Positions 62,497 to 64,000 of a stretch of DNA of 64,000 nt are shown one piece after another. The first letter of the stretch is position 1; every line of letters begins with the position of its first letter. Position numbers and translations under genes: made by a program. Under the pieces are notes generated by a model. The model was not told the origin of the DNA and made no database searches. It was given only the letters and a program-made list of their open reading frames with translations. Source of the stretch: Octopus vulgaris (lineage: Eukaryota); NCBI GenBank assembly GCA_951406725.2, contig OX597827.1, forward strand, positions 39,680,001 to 39,744,000, in the 5' to 3' direction.

Positions 62497-62498
<2 letters not shown>
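59900..62498 (+). mobile_element. Decayed, internally deleted R4/Dong-clade non-LTR retrotransposon ending in (TAA)n
   Basis: NWKA, WLTEGK, KPKDYRLVTCLPTTHKSLTAI, FPEEQKGCCKGSCGYKAQLLINK, HYQKAFDS..HKWILEAL, SQGNSLS, INHLLHVVAFKLYA (cf. HLLYMDDLKLYA), SKYKDLGIE; 3' end runs into (AAT)n at 62499. The 5' boundary is approximate. Confidence 0.85.
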
Positions 62499-62529
<31 letters not shown>

Positions 62530-62530
<1 letters not shown>

Positions 62531-62734
62531 GGTTTCAAATTTTGACATAAGGGTCAGCAAGCTTAGGAAAGGGGTTGGTCAATTATATTGACCCTAGCAT
62601 TTAACTGGTACTTATTTTATTGATCCCAAAAAGATAAAAGGCAAAGTTGACCTCAGCAGAATTTGAACTCAAAACTTAAAGATGGATGCTAAGCATTTTG
62701 TCCAGTGTTCAAACTATTTTGCCAGCTTGCCGCC

Positions 62735-62769
<35 letters not shown>

Positions 62770-62870
62770 CCTTTGTTATAAGAAGGCATGAAATTTGGGG
62801 AAAGGGAGCAAGTTGATTTCATCAACCCCAGCACCTGACTGGTACCATTATTTTATCAACCCCTAAAAAG
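62530..62870 (-). mobile_element. SINE family B copies within (AAT)n next to the Dong-like element
   Basis: 62530-62737 near full length; 62770-62870 partial. Confidence 0.85.
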
Positions 62871-62879
62871 CAAAGTGAA

Positions 62880-64000
62880 GTGTAGTATGGAATGATATAA
62901 AAAAATAGCAGAAAGTATACACAGTATAGTGTATAAACAAAAGTAAAGCAGCATATATAGTATACATCAATAAATGTAAAAAGGTGATAGAGATGTGATC
63001 CTCCTGATACAGGAGGACTCAATTAAAGAACCCCATCATCCAAGACCCCACTGAATACCAAGCGCAAGTGTCCTCTCCAACACCTGTTCTCCACTTTACA
63101 GGTCTACACTTAGGGTGGTGTCATTTACTCTTGCCATTTTTACCATTTTCATCCACCTTTCAATAAATTCACTCAAGAATAGCACATCCCTCTCTACCTT
63201 CACTTTCCTTTTGAAGTTAAACTGGAAAAAGTTGATGAGGGCTCTACTGAAAAGGAATGTCTCTACCCTCATATATCAGACAACCTTTTTTTTGCCATAG
63301 CCACCAGACAAAGGAAAACTGTTGCTTACCTACCTGATTAAAAGGCTGCAGGGCAATCATCTTTATAGATTTAGCCAATAGACAGATCTGTCCCACTTGT
63401 GACAGCAGCTGTTTGATATAACTCCACAACTCAACAATGCCAAGACACTGAATGAGTGTAGGCAGAACAGTTTTCTTGCTCTGTGCACATCTCAGACAAG
63501 CCCATCTGACAGCACATGCATGTTAGTAGAGCTTATCTTGACTCAGCTGCACTCCTTGAGAGCTCTGCCAGACCAAGAACTTCTGGAAATTATCCATGGT
63601 AGTACCCAACTAGAAAGTCCTCTGGAACTGACCAGTCCATTTTTGTTAATGCCCAGAGTCCCAGAGAAAGTCATACTTAGCTGCCAATAATCCTCTATAG
63701 ATAGCTAAAGTGGAACATTCTCTGATCCCATTGCCTGACTGGTAGAGAGCTACAAGCATCAAATGACATTTTAGGTGCCAGACACCCAACCTCAATCTTT
63801 TTTTTTTCACCCATGAAAACACTAATGTATACAAAATCAAGAAACAGTTCTAAACAACATAGTATGGTTTACATTCTAATGTAAGTTCTTGTCCTTGTAA
63901 CAGATATTCTCAAAATTTCTTATTTAACCCAGCAGGGGCCGGAAGCTGTGTCGAACAATATTACTCTACAATGCCTACTCAAGGGGACTAGTTGTTGCAT
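62880..64000 (-). mobile_element. L1/Tx1-like LINE 3' region, decayed, continues past the window edge
   Basis: Minus strand DNFQKFLVWQ...DKLY.H...CLRC...TV....IQC...ELWSYI resembles the C-terminal zf-RVT/CCHC region of L1/Tx1 ORF2. Clade call is inference. Confidence 0.6.

Overview
AT-rich, repeat-saturated eukaryotic DNA. The repeat families (tRNA-headed SINEs with internal CA/TA microsatellites, RTE tails ending in (GAT)n, R4/Dong remnants in (TAA)n) resemble those of coleoid cephalopods, most likely Octopus; this is recognition of repeat style, not a database result. The window looks intronic or intergenic. I found no intact multi-exon host gene, rRNA, true tRNA or CRISPR array, and almost all ORFs in the track come from microsatellites or SINEs. 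Supported features: a 5'-truncated RTE LINE whose RT region carries a C4HC3 PHD-type finger and has lost YADD; five R4/Dong-like remnants; an L1/Tx1-like 3' end; a full-length defective mariner head-to-head with a second Tc1/mariner remnant; mariner-, pogo/Tigger- and piggyBac-type MITEs; a young non-autonomous Helitron; dozens of SINE copies from about four families; and a few weak candidate host exons on +. The best leads are a piggyBac-type MITE present three times (empty, or carrying the same inner MITE at the same TTAA in either orientation), the PHD finger inside the RTE ORF, and (TAA)n tracts used as landing pads by two retroelement systems in opposite polarity. Boundaries of degenerate repeats are approximate (tens of bp).
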